From: an uncultured Oscillospiraceae bacterium | Lineage (GTDB): Bacteria > Bacillota > Clostridia > Oscillospirales > Oscillospiraceae | Length of the DNA: 64,000 nt | Assembly: GCA_944385125.1 (NCBI GenBank) | Contig: CALWVZ010000005.1 | Span: 74-64,073, forward strand | Reading direction: 5' to 3' | Part shown: piece after piece, positions 1-9,754 of the stretch | How positions within the stretch are numbered: position 1 is the stretch's first letter | How the letters are laid out: each line of letters opens with the position of its first letter | Made by a program: the position numbers and the translations under genes | The notes under the pieces: model-generated | What the model saw: the letters and a program-made list of their open reading frames with translations, nothing else | Told to the model about the DNA's origin: nothing | The model's database searches: none

Positions 1-737
1 AGGTCCAGGAACAGGCAAAACGGGATGAGCTCTATGCAGCCTTTGAGAAAAAGAAAAAGGACATCGAGCTGCGGCTGCAGAAAGAAACTCAGGCTTTGAA
101 CGGGGAACTGAAGGAGCATGCTGCCGGGCGTATTGAACTGGCAAAGACCATGGACCCGGATGCCATGACCGACAAGGTCTACGCTCCCACGCCGGACAAA
201 ATAACCTACATGGGCATTGCCCGCACTTTCCAGAATATTAGGCTCTTCTCCGCTCTGCCGGTGCTGGACAATGTCCTGATCGCAAAGCACATGAGAGCAA
301 AGCAGAACGTATTTTCAGCCACTCTACGCCTCAGCGCCCGGGAGGAGCGGCGTATGAGGGAGGAAGCCATGGAGCTGCTGGCCGAGCAGAAGCTGGACCA
401 TCTGAAAGATGAGATCGCCGGCTCTCTTCCCTACGGCATACAGCGGCGTCTGGAAATTGCCAGGGCCCTGGCCACCAATCCCAAACTGCTGCTGCTGGAT
501 GAGCCGGCAGCAGGTATGAACCCACAGGAAACCCAGGAGCTGGGCGAATACATAGTAGAGCTCAGAAAGAAACACGACCTGACCATACTTATGATAGAGC
601 ACCACATGGATTTGGTCATGCAGTTTTCCGACCGCATCTACGTTATTGACTTCGGCAAGCTTATCTCCTCTGGTACGCCTGAAATCGTCAAGTCGGACAA
701 GAGAGTCATCGACGCATATCTGGGGGTAGTGGAATGA
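1..737 (+). CDS. livG: Branched-chain amino acid-type ABC transporter ATP-binding protein (LivG-like), 5' end cut by window edge
   Basis: Frame 3 is open from base 3. Translation shows Q-loop GIARTFQNIRLF, ABC signature LPYGIQRRLEIARAL, Walker B LLLLDEPAAGMNP and H-loop MIEHHM. Walker A must lie upstream of the window. Confidence 0.85.
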   Translation, partial: VQEQAKRDELYAAFEKKKKDIELRLQKETQALNGELKEHAAGRIELAKTMDPDAMTDKVYAPTPDKITYMGIARTFQNIRLFSALPVLDNVLIAKHMRAKQNVFSATLRLSAREERRMREEAMELLAEQKLDHLKDEIAGSLPYGIQRRLEIARALATNPKLLLLDEPAAGMNPQETQELGEYIVELRKKHDLTILMIEHHMDLVMQFSDRIYVIDFGKLISSGTPEIVKSDKRVIDAYLGVVE

Positions 738-1444
738 GCGACGTCATTTTAAGCATAAAGGATTTAAAGGTGAGCTACGGCGGTATAGAGGCCGTCAAGG
801 GCATTTCCTTCGATGTAAAGCGGGGAGAGATAGTCACCCTGATAGGCGCAAACGGCGCCGGTAAAAGCTCCACCCTCCGTGCCATCGCCGGCCTGGTAAA
901 GCCCTCCGGCGGCAGCATCAGCTTCCAGGGAGAAGACATCACCTCAGCGGACCCCACGGAGATCGTGAAGCGTGGCGTTACTCTGGTCCCGGAGGGACGG
1001 CGTATTTTTGCCGACCTGACGGTATTGGAAAACCTGAAGATAGGCGCTTATCTCCGTAAGGACGACTTGAAGGACGATATCGAGTGGGTGTACAGCCTTT
1101 TCCCCAGGCTGAAGGAGCGTTCCTGGCAGCCGGGCGGAACTCTATCCGGCGGCGAGCAGCAGATGCTGGCCGTTGCCAGGGCTCTTATGAGCCGGCCCAA
1201 ACTCATAATGATGGATGAGCCCAGCCTTGGTCTGGCGCCCATTATCGTGAGAGGCATCTTTGATATAATCAGGGAGATACACCGCCAAGGCGTCACCATA
1301 CTGCTGATAGAGCAGAACGCCAACATGGCTCTGCAGACGGCGGACACCGGCCATGTCCTTGAGACCGGACGCATTGGACTCTCCGGTACCGGCGCAGAGC
1401 TGCTGAGCAATGAGGACGTAAAGAAAGCATACCTGGGAAGTTAA
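734..1444 (+). CDS. livF: Branched-chain amino acid-type ABC transporter ATP-binding protein (LivF-like)
   Basis: Walker A GANGAGKSST, signature LSGGEQQMLAVARAL, Walker B LIMMDEPSLGLAP. ATGA start/stop overlap with the preceding ATPase gene. Confidence 0.9.
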   Translation: MSDVILSIKDLKVSYGGIEAVKGISFDVKRGEIVTLIGANGAGKSSTLRAIAGLVKPSGGSISFQGEDITSADPTEIVKRGVTLVPEGRRIFADLTVLENLKIGAYLRKDDLKDDIEWVYSLFPRLKERSWQPGGTLSGGEQQMLAVARALMSRPKLIMMDEPSLGLAPIIVRGIFDIIREIHRQGVTILLIEQNANMALQTADTGHVLETGRIGLSGTGAELLSNEDVKKAYLGS

Positions 1445-1463
1445 GGAAAAGAATATTGTTATA

Positions 1464-1492
1464 GGCAGCGTCGGACAGGCGCTGCCTTTTCT
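1464..1492 (+). terminator. Rho-independent terminator after livF
   Basis: GGCAGCGTC / GGCGCTGCC stem with a 5-nt loop, followed by TTTTCTGTTT. Confidence 0.65.
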
Positions 1493-1548
1493 GTTTACTT
1501 TGATTTTCCTTTGTGCTAAAATGTGTTATCTTATATGTGGAGTCAGTT

Positions 1549-2619
1549 ATGTTCGAGAAACTTAAGAGCTTGAAAGACCAATACGAGCAGCTGTGCGCCC
1601 GGCTGGAGCTGCCGGAGACCTATTCCGATGCCTCGGCTTACGCCAGATACGAGCGGGAGGCCAGGGAACTTGCCCCGGTGGTGGAAGCCTATATTGACTA
1701 TGAAAAGATGGGGCGGGCCATGGAAGAGGCCATGGAGCTGATGGCGGACCCGGAAATGAAGGAACTGGCTCAGGAGGAATACACCCGGGCAAAGGCCAGG
1801 CGGGAAGAACTGAGCCAGGAGATAAAGATACTGCTGCTGCCCAAGGACCCCAATGACGGCAAAAATGTCATCATGGAGATACGGGGCGGTGTCGGCGGGG
1901 AAGAGGGCATGCTCTTTGCCGCAGACCTCTTCCGTATGTACAGTATGTATGCCGAGTCGAAAGGCTGGCGGCTGGAGATTGCCAACATCAGCGAGACCGA
2001 GCTTGGTGGCATAAAGGAGATAAGCTTTGTCATTGAGGGTCAGGGGGCCTACTCCCGGCTGAAGTTTGAGGCCGGCGGACATCGGGTCCAGCGCATCCCG
2101 GTCACTGAATCGGGGGGGCGTATCCACACCTCCGCCGCCACCGTGGCGGTGCTGCCGGAGGTAGAGGAAGTAGATTTCAAGCTGGACATGAACGACTTGA
2201 AGATAGACACCTTCCGATCCTCCGGCGCAGGAGGCCAGCACGTAAACAAGACTGAGAGCGCCATAAGAATAACCCATTTGCCCACGGGCCTGGTGGTGGA
2301 GTGCCAGGATGAGCGCAGCCAGTACAAGAATAAGGACCGGGCCATGCAGATACTCCGCTCCAAGCTCTATGAGCAGGAGCAGGCAAAAAAGACTGCGGCC
2401 CTGGCCAGCGAGCGCCGCAGCCAGATAGGCTCCGGGGACCGCAGCGAGCGTATACGCACCTATAATTTCCCACAGAACCGGGTCACCGACCACCGGCTCA
2501 GCGGGGACATGAAGAACTTCAACTTGCAAAATATTATCAACGGAGACCTGGACGAGCTTATAGACTGCCTGATAACCAGCGACCAGACGGCCCGGCTGCA
2601 GGCCCAGGCGGAGGAATAG
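1549..2619 (+). CDS. prfA: Peptide chain release factor 1
   Basis: GGQ motif [14 protein letters not shown] and RF1-type tripeptide in RIPVTES. ATG 1549 (MFEKLKSL...) preferred over the track start at 1513. Confidence 0.95.
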   Translation: MFEKLKSLKDQYEQLCARLELPETYSDASAYARYEREARELAPVVEAYIDYEKMGRAMEEAMELMADPEMKELAQEEYTRAKARREELSQEIKILLLPKDPNDGKNVIMEIRGGVGGEEGMLFAADLFRMYSMYAESKGWRLEIANISETELGGIKEISFVIEGQGAYSRLKFEAGGHRVQRIPVTESGGRIHTSAATVAVLPEVEEVDFKLDMNDLKIDTFRSSGAGGQHVNKTESAIRITHLPTGLVVECQDERSQYKNKDRAMQILRSKLYEQEQAKKTAALASERRSQIGSGDRSERIRTYNFPQNRVTDHRLSGDMKNFNLQNIINGDLDELIDCLITSDQTARLQAQAEE

Positions 2620-2623
2620 ACAG

Positions 2624-3832
2624 ATGGAGACAAAGATATTCAAGGGCGACCTGGCTCCGGCGGCAGAGCTCATCAGGGCCGGAGAACTGGTGGCCGTGCC
2701 CACGGAGACTGTATATGGCCTGGCAGGCAACGGCCTGGATGCGGAGGCTGTGGAGAAGATATACGAGGTCAAGGGGCGGCCCTCCGTAAAGCCCCTGTCC
2801 CTGATGGTCCCAGGGCCGGAGGCCATAGACGTATACTGTGAAGACGTGCCTCAGGCTGCCAGGACCTTGGCAAAAAAGTTCTGGCCCGGGCCGTTGACCA
2901 TAATAATGAAGGCAAAAAAACACATACCCTCCATAGTTCTGGCCGGGGGAGACACCGTGGGACTGCGCTGCCCGGAGCATCAGATGACTCTGGAGCTGCT
3001 GAGACTGGCCCAGGTGCCTTTTGCCGCCCCTTCGGCAAACCCCTCCGGCGCTGAGAGCCCCAAGACGGCTCAAAAGGTGTATGAGTATTTTAACGGGCAA
3101 ATTGAGGGGATAATAGACGGCGGGCCCTGTGGACTGGGCTTTGAGTCCACCATAATCGACATGAGCAAGATTCCCTACAAAATACTGCGCCAGGGGGCCT
3201 TGCCGGCGGAGGACATTGAAAAAGCTCTGATGGAGGATCTGCAGGTAATAGGCATCACCGGCGGCAGCGGCTCCGGCAAGACCACCGCCCTGAAAGTTCT
3301 GGAGAGCATGGGAGCTCTGGTGCTGGACTGCGACAGCATTTATCATAGCCTGCTGGAGACCAGTCCTGAGCTGCTGGAAGAGATAGATTCCGCCTTTCCC
3401 GGCGTGGTGTGTGAGGGCGTTCTCCAACGCAAAGCTTTGGGAGCGATAGTTTTCAACGCCCCTGAGGCCCTCAAAAAACTAAATTCTATCAGTCACAAGT
3501 ATGTCGACATGGAGATAGAGCGGAGGCTCCGCAGCTTTGCCATGGAGGGCGGACGCTTTGCAGCCATAGATGCGATAGAACTGTTTGCCGGTGGCCAGGC
3601 TCTGCGCTGCACCCATACGGTGGCAGTGCTGGCCCGCAGGGAAAAGCGCATTGAGCGGATAATGGCCAGGGACGGGATCAGCCGGGAATATGCTGCAATG
3701 CGCATAGACGCCCAACACCCCGACTCCTACTTTGAAAAGCTCTGCGGCCACATACTGCGCAACGACGGCGACGCAGAAGAATTTCTTAAAGCTTGTATGA
3801 AATTATTTAAGGAGATACTGAACAATGGATGA
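2624..3832 (+). CDS. tsaC/coaE: Fusion protein: threonylcarbamoyl-AMP synthase (TsaC/YwlC, YrdC-Sua5 domain) plus dephospho-CoA kinase (CoaE)
   Basis: The N-terminal ~200 aa carry VPTETVYGLAGN, KGRPSVKPLSLMV and APSANPSG (YrdC fold). The C-terminal ~195 aa start with the P-loop VIGITGGSGSGKTT and have a CoaE-like layout. Single uninterrupted 402-codon ORF. Confidence 0.8.
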   Translation: METKIFKGDLAPAAELIRAGELVAVPTETVYGLAGNGLDAEAVEKIYEVKGRPSVKPLSLMVPGPEAIDVYCEDVPQAARTLAKKFWPGPLTIIMKAKKHIPSIVLAGGDTVGLRCPEHQMTLELLRLAQVPFAAPSANPSGAESPKTAQKVYEYFNGQIEGIIDGGPCGLGFESTIIDMSKIPYKILRQGALPAEDIEKALMEDLQVIGITGGSGSGKTTALKVLESMGALVLDCDSIYHSLLETSPELLEEIDSAFPGVVCEGVLQRKALGAIVFNAPEALKKLNSISHKYVDMEIERRLRSFAMEGGRFAAIDAIELFAGGQALRCTHTVAVLARREKRIERIMARDGISREYAAMRIDAQHPDSYFEKLCGHILRNDGDAEEFLKACMKLFKEILNNG

Positions 3833-5207
3833 CATAAGAAAAGAGCTTTTTTACGAGCAGAAAAACGGATATGACCTTATCGACGCCCAGGAGCGCCCGG
3901 CCCTGGAGGGCTACTGCCGGGACTACATGGATTTCCTCAACAACTCCCGTACCGAGCGGGAAGCGGTGAATAACGCCATAGCCATGGCTGAGGCCCAGGG
4001 CTTTGTGGAGTATGAGCCGGGTATGGAGCTTAAGCCCGGAATGAAGATATACCGCAACAACCGGGGCAAGGCTCTGATGCTGGCAGTGATAGGTAAGAAG
4101 GACCTGGGCCAGGGCGCTGTGATCGCCGGGGCCCACGTGGATGCCCCCCGCCTGGATCTCAAGCAGATACCAATGTATGAGAGCGATGAAATGTGCTTCT
4201 TCCGTACCCACTACTATGGTGGGATAAAGAAATACCAGTGGGTCACCATACCCCTGGAGCTCCACGGTGTGGTGGCTCTCAAAAACGGGGAAGTGCTGGA
4301 GGTCTCCATCGGCCGTGAGCCGGACGAACCCAAGTTCGTCATCACCGACCTGCTGCCCCATCTTGCGGCCGATCAGATGAAAAAGACCATGAAGGATGGC
4401 ATCACCGGCGAGGGTATGCAGATACTCATCGGTTCCGTGCCCTATGCCGACGAGGGCAAGGACCGGGTGAAGCTGGCGGTTCTCAGCATTCTCAAAGATA
4501 TGTACGATATCAGCGAGGAGGACTTCCTCTCCGCTGAGCTCACCGCCGTCCCCGCCTATGATGTGTGCGAGATAGGTCTGGACCGTTCACTCATCGGCGG
4601 CTATGGCCACGACGACAGGGTCTGCGCCTATGCGGAACTAAAAGCGATCTTTGACGTGGAGGAGCCTGAACGCAGCTGCGTGTGCATACTGGCGGACAAG
4701 GAGGAGACAGGCTCCGACGGTGTCAGCGGTATGCAGAGCGCCGCCTTTGACTGTTTTATGGAGGACCTGTGCCAGAGCCAGGGCGTGGCTCTCCGCCGCT
4801 GCTATGAGAAGAGCTTCTGCCTCTCTGCGGATGTGAGCAACGCCTACGATCCCTTATATCCTGAGGTGTCGGAGAAACGCAGCGAGGCCAAGATAAATTA
4901 CGGCATGGGTATCAGCAAGTTCACCGGCGCCAGGGGTAAGTCCGGCACCAGTGATGCCTCCGCCGAACTGGTGGCCTATCTCCGTCGTCTCTTTGCGGAA
5001 AAGTCAGTGGTGTGGCAGCTGTGCGAGCTGGGCAAGGTGGACCAGGGCGGCGGAGGTACCATCGCAATGTTTATGGCTAACCGCAATATTGACACCATAG
5101 ACGCCGGGGTACCGGTGCTGAGCATGCACGCTCCCTTTGAAGTAGTGGCAAAGTTTGACTGCTACATGACCTATAAGGGCGTGCTGGCGGCTTACTCCGA
5201 TAAATAA
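3825..5207 (+). CDS. M18-family aminopeptidase (aminopeptidase 1-like)
   Basis: Metal-ligand motifs HVDAPRLDLKQ, GHDDRVCAY and ADKEETGSDG, plus C-terminal SMHAP. 460 aa. Confidence 0.8.
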   Translation: MDDIRKELFYEQKNGYDLIDAQERPALEGYCRDYMDFLNNSRTEREAVNNAIAMAEAQGFVEYEPGMELKPGMKIYRNNRGKALMLAVIGKKDLGQGAVIAGAHVDAPRLDLKQIPMYESDEMCFFRTHYYGGIKKYQWVTIPLELHGVVALKNGEVLEVSIGREPDEPKFVITDLLPHLAADQMKKTMKDGITGEGMQILIGSVPYADEGKDRVKLAVLSILKDMYDISEEDFLSAELTAVPAYDVCEIGLDRSLIGGYGHDDRVCAYAELKAIFDVEEPERSCVCILADKEETGSDGVSGMQSAAFDCFMEDLCQSQGVALRRCYEKSFCLSADVSNAYDPLYPEVSEKRSEAKINYGMGISKFTGARGKSGTSDASAELVAYLRRLFAEKSVVWQLCELGKVDQGGGGTIAMFMANRNIDTIDAGVPVLSMHAPFEVVAKFDCYMTYKGVLAAYSDK

Positions 5208-5219
5208 AAAATATTTCTG

Positions 5220-5256
5220 AAAGGTTGGGAGAACATATTCTCCCGACCTTTTTAAA
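5220..5256 (+). terminator. Rho-independent terminator after the aminopeptidase gene
   Basis: AAAGGTTGGGAGA / TCTCCCGACCTTT stem followed by TTTTAAAAT. Confidence 0.7.
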
Positions 5257-5338
5257 ATCCGGCCGCAAAATACCGAAGAGGAAACTGCGACTGATTTATT
5301 CCGCCGCCTTTCGGGTAAAATATCCGGGAGGTGAAGGT

Positions 5339-5980
5339 ATGGAAGAACTGAAAGAAATAAAGGAACTGGGTTCCAGCTCCGGCGGAAGCATACATTGCCT
5401 GACTATCGTAGGACAGATAGAGGGGCACCAGGTGCTGCCCGAGGATGCAAAGACCACCAAATACGAGCATGTGCTGCCACTTATTGCGGCCATTGAGGAA
5501 TCCCCGGAGATAGGTGGACTGTTGGTCCTGCTCAACACCATGGGAGGAGATGTGGAGGCGGGGCTTGCCATAGCGGAGCTGATAGCCGGGATGAAAAAGC
5601 CGGCGGTTTCCCTGGTGCTGGGGGGAGGCCATTCCATCGGAGTGCCCCTGGCGGTGGCTGCAAAGCGCAGCATGATTGCCCCCTCGGCGGCCATGACCAT
5701 ACACCCTGTAAGGATAAACGGCGTAGTCATCGGGGTGCCTCAGACCTACAACTATTTCTCCCGCATACAGGAGCGGATAGTTTCCTTCGTGACTGAGCAT
5801 TCCCACATCAGCCGGGAGGACTATGTGAAATACATGAGCAAGACCGACGAGCTGGCAAACGATGTGGGCAGCGTGATCTATGGCAGGGAGGCGGTGGACA
5901 GCGGGCTGATAGACCAGCTGGGCAGCCTGTCCGACGCACTGGCCTATCTCCACAGTGAGATAGATAAACAGAAGCAGTAA
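5339..5980 (+). CDS. tepA: ClpP-fold serine protease-like protein (TepA / translocation-enhancing protein family)
   Basis: ClpP-like LNTMGGDVEAGLAIAE and GGGHSIGVPLA. ATG 5339 is preceded by GGGAGGTGAAGG, so the track start at 5225 is judged too long. Confidence 0.7.
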   Translation: MEELKEIKELGSSSGGSIHCLTIVGQIEGHQVLPEDAKTTKYEHVLPLIAAIEESPEIGGLLVLLNTMGGDVEAGLAIAELIAGMKKPAVSLVLGGGHSIGVPLAVAAKRSMIAPSAAMTIHPVRINGVVIGVPQTYNYFSRIQERIVSFVTEHSHISREDYVKYMSKTDELANDVGSVIYGREAVDSGLIDQLGSLSDALAYLHSEIDKQKQ

Positions 5981-5986
5981 AGCAGA

Positions 5987-6010
5987 GGGAGCCTTTTGGC
6001 TCCCAATTTT
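5987..6010 (+). terminator. Rho-independent terminator after tepA, followed by a second 12-bp hairpin at 6011-6038
   Basis: GGGAGCC-TTTT-GGCTCCC then AATTTT. It is immediately followed by the AAGCGCCGCAAG / CTTGCGGCGCTT hairpin, which has no T-tract. Confidence 0.6.
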
Positions 6011-6121
6011 AAGCGCCGCAAGCTTGCTTGCGGCGCTTAAACAACTGGCCGGCAGTTCTCAAAGTCTTGTTTTTCACATAAAGATGTGGTAATATATAAT
6101 TTATGATTATCGTGGGGGTAC

Positions 6122-6955
6122 ATGCCGATGAGCATATGGGAAGCAGTTTTACTGGGACTTGTCCAGGGTATAGCGGAGTTTTTACCTATATCCAGTTCCG
6201 GGCATCTCTCTATCGTAAACAACCTTTTCAAAATATCCGAAGAAGGGCATATGTTCTTTGATGTGCTGCTGCATTTGGGCACCCTGGCCTCTATTTTGAT
6301 AGTATATTGGCAGGATATCAAGGAAATGTTTTATGAACTGATATCCTTTGTAAATCTGGGACCTCTGGCCGGGCAGCCCCGGGAACACTATCCCCAGGCC
6401 CGGACCTTCATAATGATAGTGATGGCCACTCTGCCCCTGTTCCTCATCCTGCCTATAAACGACATGATAGAGACTTTATATTATAACAATGTCTTCATCG
6501 GCGTGGCCATCGTACTCACCGGCTGCATGCTCTACGTTTCCGACAGGATGAGACCTGGCAGGAAGACGGAACGCAGCATGACAATACTGGACGCTATTAT
6601 AATAGGCCTTTGCCAGTGCGTTGCCACTATACCCGGTCTGTCCCGCTCCGGCACCACCATCACCGCCGGTATCGCCACCGGTCTGCGCAGAGATTTTGCA
6701 GTTAAATTTTCCTTTCTAATGTCCATCCCGGCGGTGCTTGGGGCAAATATACTCAGCCTGGCGGACGCCTTCAGGGAAGGAATCAACTGGGCCAATGTTC
6801 CTGCCTATCTGGTGGGAATGGTAGTGGCTATGCTCTCGGGGATAGCAGCTATCAATTTACTGAGATTTATAAGCAACAAGGGTAAGTTTGGCGGATTTGC
6901 CTATTACTGCTGGGTGATGGGCGTGCTTTCCATTATCCTGTACATGATATTCTGA
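6122..6955 (+). CDS. uppP: Undecaprenyl-diphosphate phosphatase
   Basis: BacA/UppP motifs GIAEFLPISSSGH and PGLSRSGTTI. Polytopic membrane profile. Confidence 0.92.
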   Translation: MPMSIWEAVLLGLVQGIAEFLPISSSGHLSIVNNLFKISEEGHMFFDVLLHLGTLASILIVYWQDIKEMFYELISFVNLGPLAGQPREHYPQARTFIMIVMATLPLFLILPINDMIETLYYNNVFIGVAIVLTGCMLYVSDRMRPGRKTERSMTILDAIIIGLCQCVATIPGLSRSGTTITAGIATGLRRDFAVKFSFLMSIPAVLGANILSLADAFREGINWANVPAYLVGMVVAMLSGIAAINLLRFISNKGKFGGFAYYCWVMGVLSIILYMIF

Positions 6956-6995
6956 TATTTGATTTACAACATACGCCAAAGAAAGGACCTCTTTA

Positions 6996-9707
6996 ATGGC
7001 ACAAACTAAGAAAAAAACGACGACAACAAAAAAGAGCGGAACCGGCAAAGGCAGCTCCTCCTCCAAGAAGAGCGGAAAACAGACTGCCGCACAGCCGCCC
7101 CAGGAGCCGGTAGTACCTATCCGCAGGGAGCTGGGAGCTGTTATTTTCCTGTTTCTGGCTGTGTTTGTGGCTATCAGCTATTTTCGCTCCGAGGGCTCTT
7201 TCATAATGTTTTTTGCAAACCTGCTGAAGGGCCTGGTGGGCTGGGGCTATTGGCTCACAGCGCCGGTCTTACTGCTCACGTCCATTATCCTGGGCTTTCA
7301 CAGGGGACGCCCGGTGATGCTGCGCAGTATCTGCGCTCTGCTACTCCCGGTGCTGTTGGCGGCAATCATCAGCCTGATCATCTATGAGCCTCCCTTCCAG
7401 GCGGACTTTGATTTGAAATTGACCGCCGGACAGCTCTTTGAATCAGGCCAGTATCTGGAGTCGGCGGGAGCTTTGGGCGGACTGCTGGCCATAGGTCTGG
7501 AGATGGCCTTCAGCATATACGGGGCTATACCCGTGCTGGTGGTCCTATTTATTGCCTGCACTATATGCGCCTTCAGCAGCAGCTTTAAAAAGGCTGCCCA
7601 GCAGATAAAGATAAGGGCCACCGCCCCCTACGACCCCTCAATGTATGAGGATTCCCTGGCCCCGGTGGGTTCCGTGACAGGGAAAGTCCCCGTGGCTGAG
7701 GCCGGAAAAATAGAGCGCATCGCCCGCAGCTCGGTAATGGATATACCTCTCCAGGAGGACGAGGAGGAAGAATTCAGCTTTACAAGGAGAGGGGAAGCGA
7801 TTAATCCCTTTGCCGGAGAGACGGGGCCGGAGAAAAAGCACGGCAAGGTTAAGCCTGAAAAAAAGAGCAGAGAAAAACAGGCCCAGCCAGTGAGGGAAGA
7901 GAAGAAGGAGAGCCTCAGAAAAACTCCTATCATAAAGGAGCCCAGCCTGGGGCCAACTGACGATGTCATGCCCCTGACCCCGGAGGAAGCGGCAAGCATA
8001 GCCGGGGTGGTCTTGGCGGTGCAGCAGGAGGAGCGGGAACATCTTAAGCCCGTATCCGTCAGCGGAGAGATATCCGACCCGCCCAAGGGCAAAAAGGCCG
8101 TCAAGGCTGAAGTTGAGGCAGAAGCCCAGGCAGTTGCCCAGGCCATATCCGCCGCCGGCGACAGCGGAGACTACGAGTTCCCGCCGGTATCTTTGCTGCG
8201 CAGCGGAGGAGCCGCCGCTGTTGACGCCAGGGATGAGATAGCCGTGAACCGTAACCGGCTGGAGGGCGCCATAAGAAGCTTCGGCATCAACGCCTCCATA
8301 GTGGGCGTCACACGAGGCCCAACTGTCACCCGTTATGATATAGAACTGGAGCAGGGAGTCAAGCTCGCCAGAGTGACTAATCTGGCGGGAGATCTGGCCC
8401 TGGCCCTGGGCGTCATAAACGTACGCATTGCGCCTATCCCGGAGAAGATCTCCACTGTGGGCATTGAGGTGCCCAACAAAATAGTCAGCACTGTTTACCT
8501 GCGGGATATCATAGAATCACCCCAGTTCGTCAATGCAAAGTCCAAGCTCAGCTTTGCCCTGGGCAAGGACATCGGAGGCGAATGCGTGGTGGGCAACATT
8601 GCAAAGCTGCCCCATATGCTCATTGCCGGAACCACCGGCTCCGGCAAGTCCGTATGCATGAACTCCCTCATCCTCAGCCTTCTATATAAGGCCCGGCCCG
8701 ACGAGGTGCGCCTTATAATGATAGATCCCAAGATGGTGGAACTGGGTATATATAACGGTATACCCCATTTGTATGTCCCGGTGGTCACCGACCCCAAGAA
8801 AGCCGCAGGCGCCCTACAGTGGTCTGTGGTTGAAATGCTCAAGCGCTACCGGCTATTCTCTGAAGTAGGGGTGCGGGACCTGGCCAGCTACAACAAGCAC
8901 TGCCTGGATTCCGGGGAACAGACCCTGCCCCAGGTGGTGATAGTCATAGACGAGTTGGCGGACCTGATGCTGGTGGCCTCCAAGGAAGTGGAGGAGAGCA
9001 TCTGCCGTGTGGCCCAGATGGGCCGGGCCGCCGGTATGCATTTGATAATCGCTACTCAGCGGCCCTCTGCCGACGTGATAACCGGCCTTATGAAGGCCAA
9101 CATCCCCTCTCGCATTGCCTTTGCCGTCTCTTCCGCTATGGAGAGCCGGATAATACTGGACCAGGCGGGAGCAGAAAAACTGGTGGGCATGGGAGACATG
9201 CTCTTCTCGCCTGTGGGCTGTGGCAAGCCTACCCGCATACAGGGCGCCTTCGTTTCTGACGAGGAGCGGGAAGAGGTTATACAGTTCATAAAAGAGGGGG
9301 CGGGTGTCACCAATCAGAACTCCGAGATAGAGGAGTTCATGAACAAGGCCGCCCAGGACAAGAACTCCCATGACAGTGACAGAGACTCCCACGAGGAGGG
9401 TCTGGCCGGCAGCTTTGACGAAATGCTGCCCCAGGCTGTGGAAGTGGTGCTGGAGACCGGCTCCTGCTCCGTGTCAATGCTCCAGCGCCGGGTCAAGCTG
9501 GGCTATTCCAGAGCTGCCCGTATAGTGGATCAGATGGAGGAGCTGGGCATAGTGGGCCCCTATGAGGGTGCAAAGCCCCGACAGGTCACTATTGACCGGG
9601 AGGGCTGGACCAATGTCCAGCGGAACCTCGGCCTGATACCCGGAGAAGAGCCCCTTCTGCCCATAGGCGGTCCGACCCATGAGGACAAAACAGAGGAAGA
9701 AATTTAA
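6996..9707 (+). CDS. ftsK: DNA translocase FtsK/SpoIIIE
   Basis: N-terminal TM helices and a charged low-complexity linker. Motor domain with Walker A GTTGSGKSVCMN and Walker B VVIVIDELADLM. C-terminal gamma winged helix SMLQRRVKLGYSRAARIVDQMEELGIV. Confidence 0.95.
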   Translation: MAQTKKKTTTTKKSGTGKGSSSSKKSGKQTAAQPPQEPVVPIRRELGAVIFLFLAVFVAISYFRSEGSFIMFFANLLKGLVGWGYWLTAPVLLLTSIILGFHRGRPVMLRSICALLLPVLLAAIISLIIYEPPFQADFDLKLTAGQLFESGQYLESAGALGGLLAIGLEMAFSIYGAIPVLVVLFIACTICAFSSSFKKAAQQIKIRATAPYDPSMYEDSLAPVGSVTGKVPVAEAGKIERIARSSVMDIPLQEDEEEEFSFTRRGEAINPFAGETGPEKKHGKVKPEKKSREKQAQPVREEKKESLRKTPIIKEPSLGPTDDVMPLTPEEAASIAGVVLAVQQEEREHLKPVSVSGEISDPPKGKKAVKAEVEAEAQAVAQAISAAGDSGDYEFPPVSLLRSGGAAAVDARDEIAVNRNRLEGAIRSFGINASIVGVTRGPTVTRYDIELEQGVKLARVTNLAGDLALALGVINVRIAPIPEKISTVGIEVPNKIVSTVYLRDIIESPQFVNAKSKLSFALGKDIGGECVVGNIAKLPHMLIAGTTGSGKSVCMNSLILSLLYKARPDEVRLIMIDPKMVELGIYNGIPHLYVPVVTDPKKAAGALQWSVVEMLKRYRLFSEVGVRDLASYNKHCLDSGEQTLPQVVIVIDELADLMLVASKEVEESICRVAQMGRAAGMHLIIATQRPSADVITGLMKANIPSRIAFAVSSAMESRIILDQAGAEKLVGMGDMLFSPVGCGKPTRIQGAFVSDEEREEVIQFIKEGAGVTNQNSEIEEFMNKAAQDKNSHDSDRDSHEEGLAGSFDEMLPQAVEVVLETGSCSVSMLQRRVKLGYSRAARIVDQMEELGIVGPYEGAKPRQVTIDREGWTNVQRNLGLIPGEEPLLPIGGPTHEDKTEEEI

Positions 9708-9754
9708 AAGGGAGCGGCAGGGAGTATTTGCTCCCTGCCGCCTTAGGTGGAGAT

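Noticed and set aside
1543-2826. 427-aa minus-strand ORF antisense to prfA. Other long antisense ORFs of the same kind include 2558-3427, 18760-20061, 20947-22719, 28891-30003, 32717-33613, 35397-36653, 36657-37523, 40796-41695, 46313-47455, 51393-52595, 55523-56239 and 61854-63182.
   Set aside because: Each lies entirely opposite a + strand gene with unmistakable family motifs. Their translations are low-complexity (Gly/Ala/Arg/Pro/His-rich) with no motifs. This is the typical stop-codon-poor antisense shadow of GC-rich coding sequence.
6037-6321. 94-aa minus-strand ORF overlapping the uppP start and the tepA terminator region
   Set aside because: It overlaps the well-supported uppP N-terminus and two hairpins. 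No RBS and no motifs.
9714-9741. GC-rich hairpin (GCGGCAGGGAG / CTCCCTGCCGC) between ftsK and mrnC, considered as a terminator
   Set aside because: No T-tract follows, and the mrnC RBS and start come immediately after. It is more likely an mRNA-stabilising or processing structure, so it is not called as a terminator.
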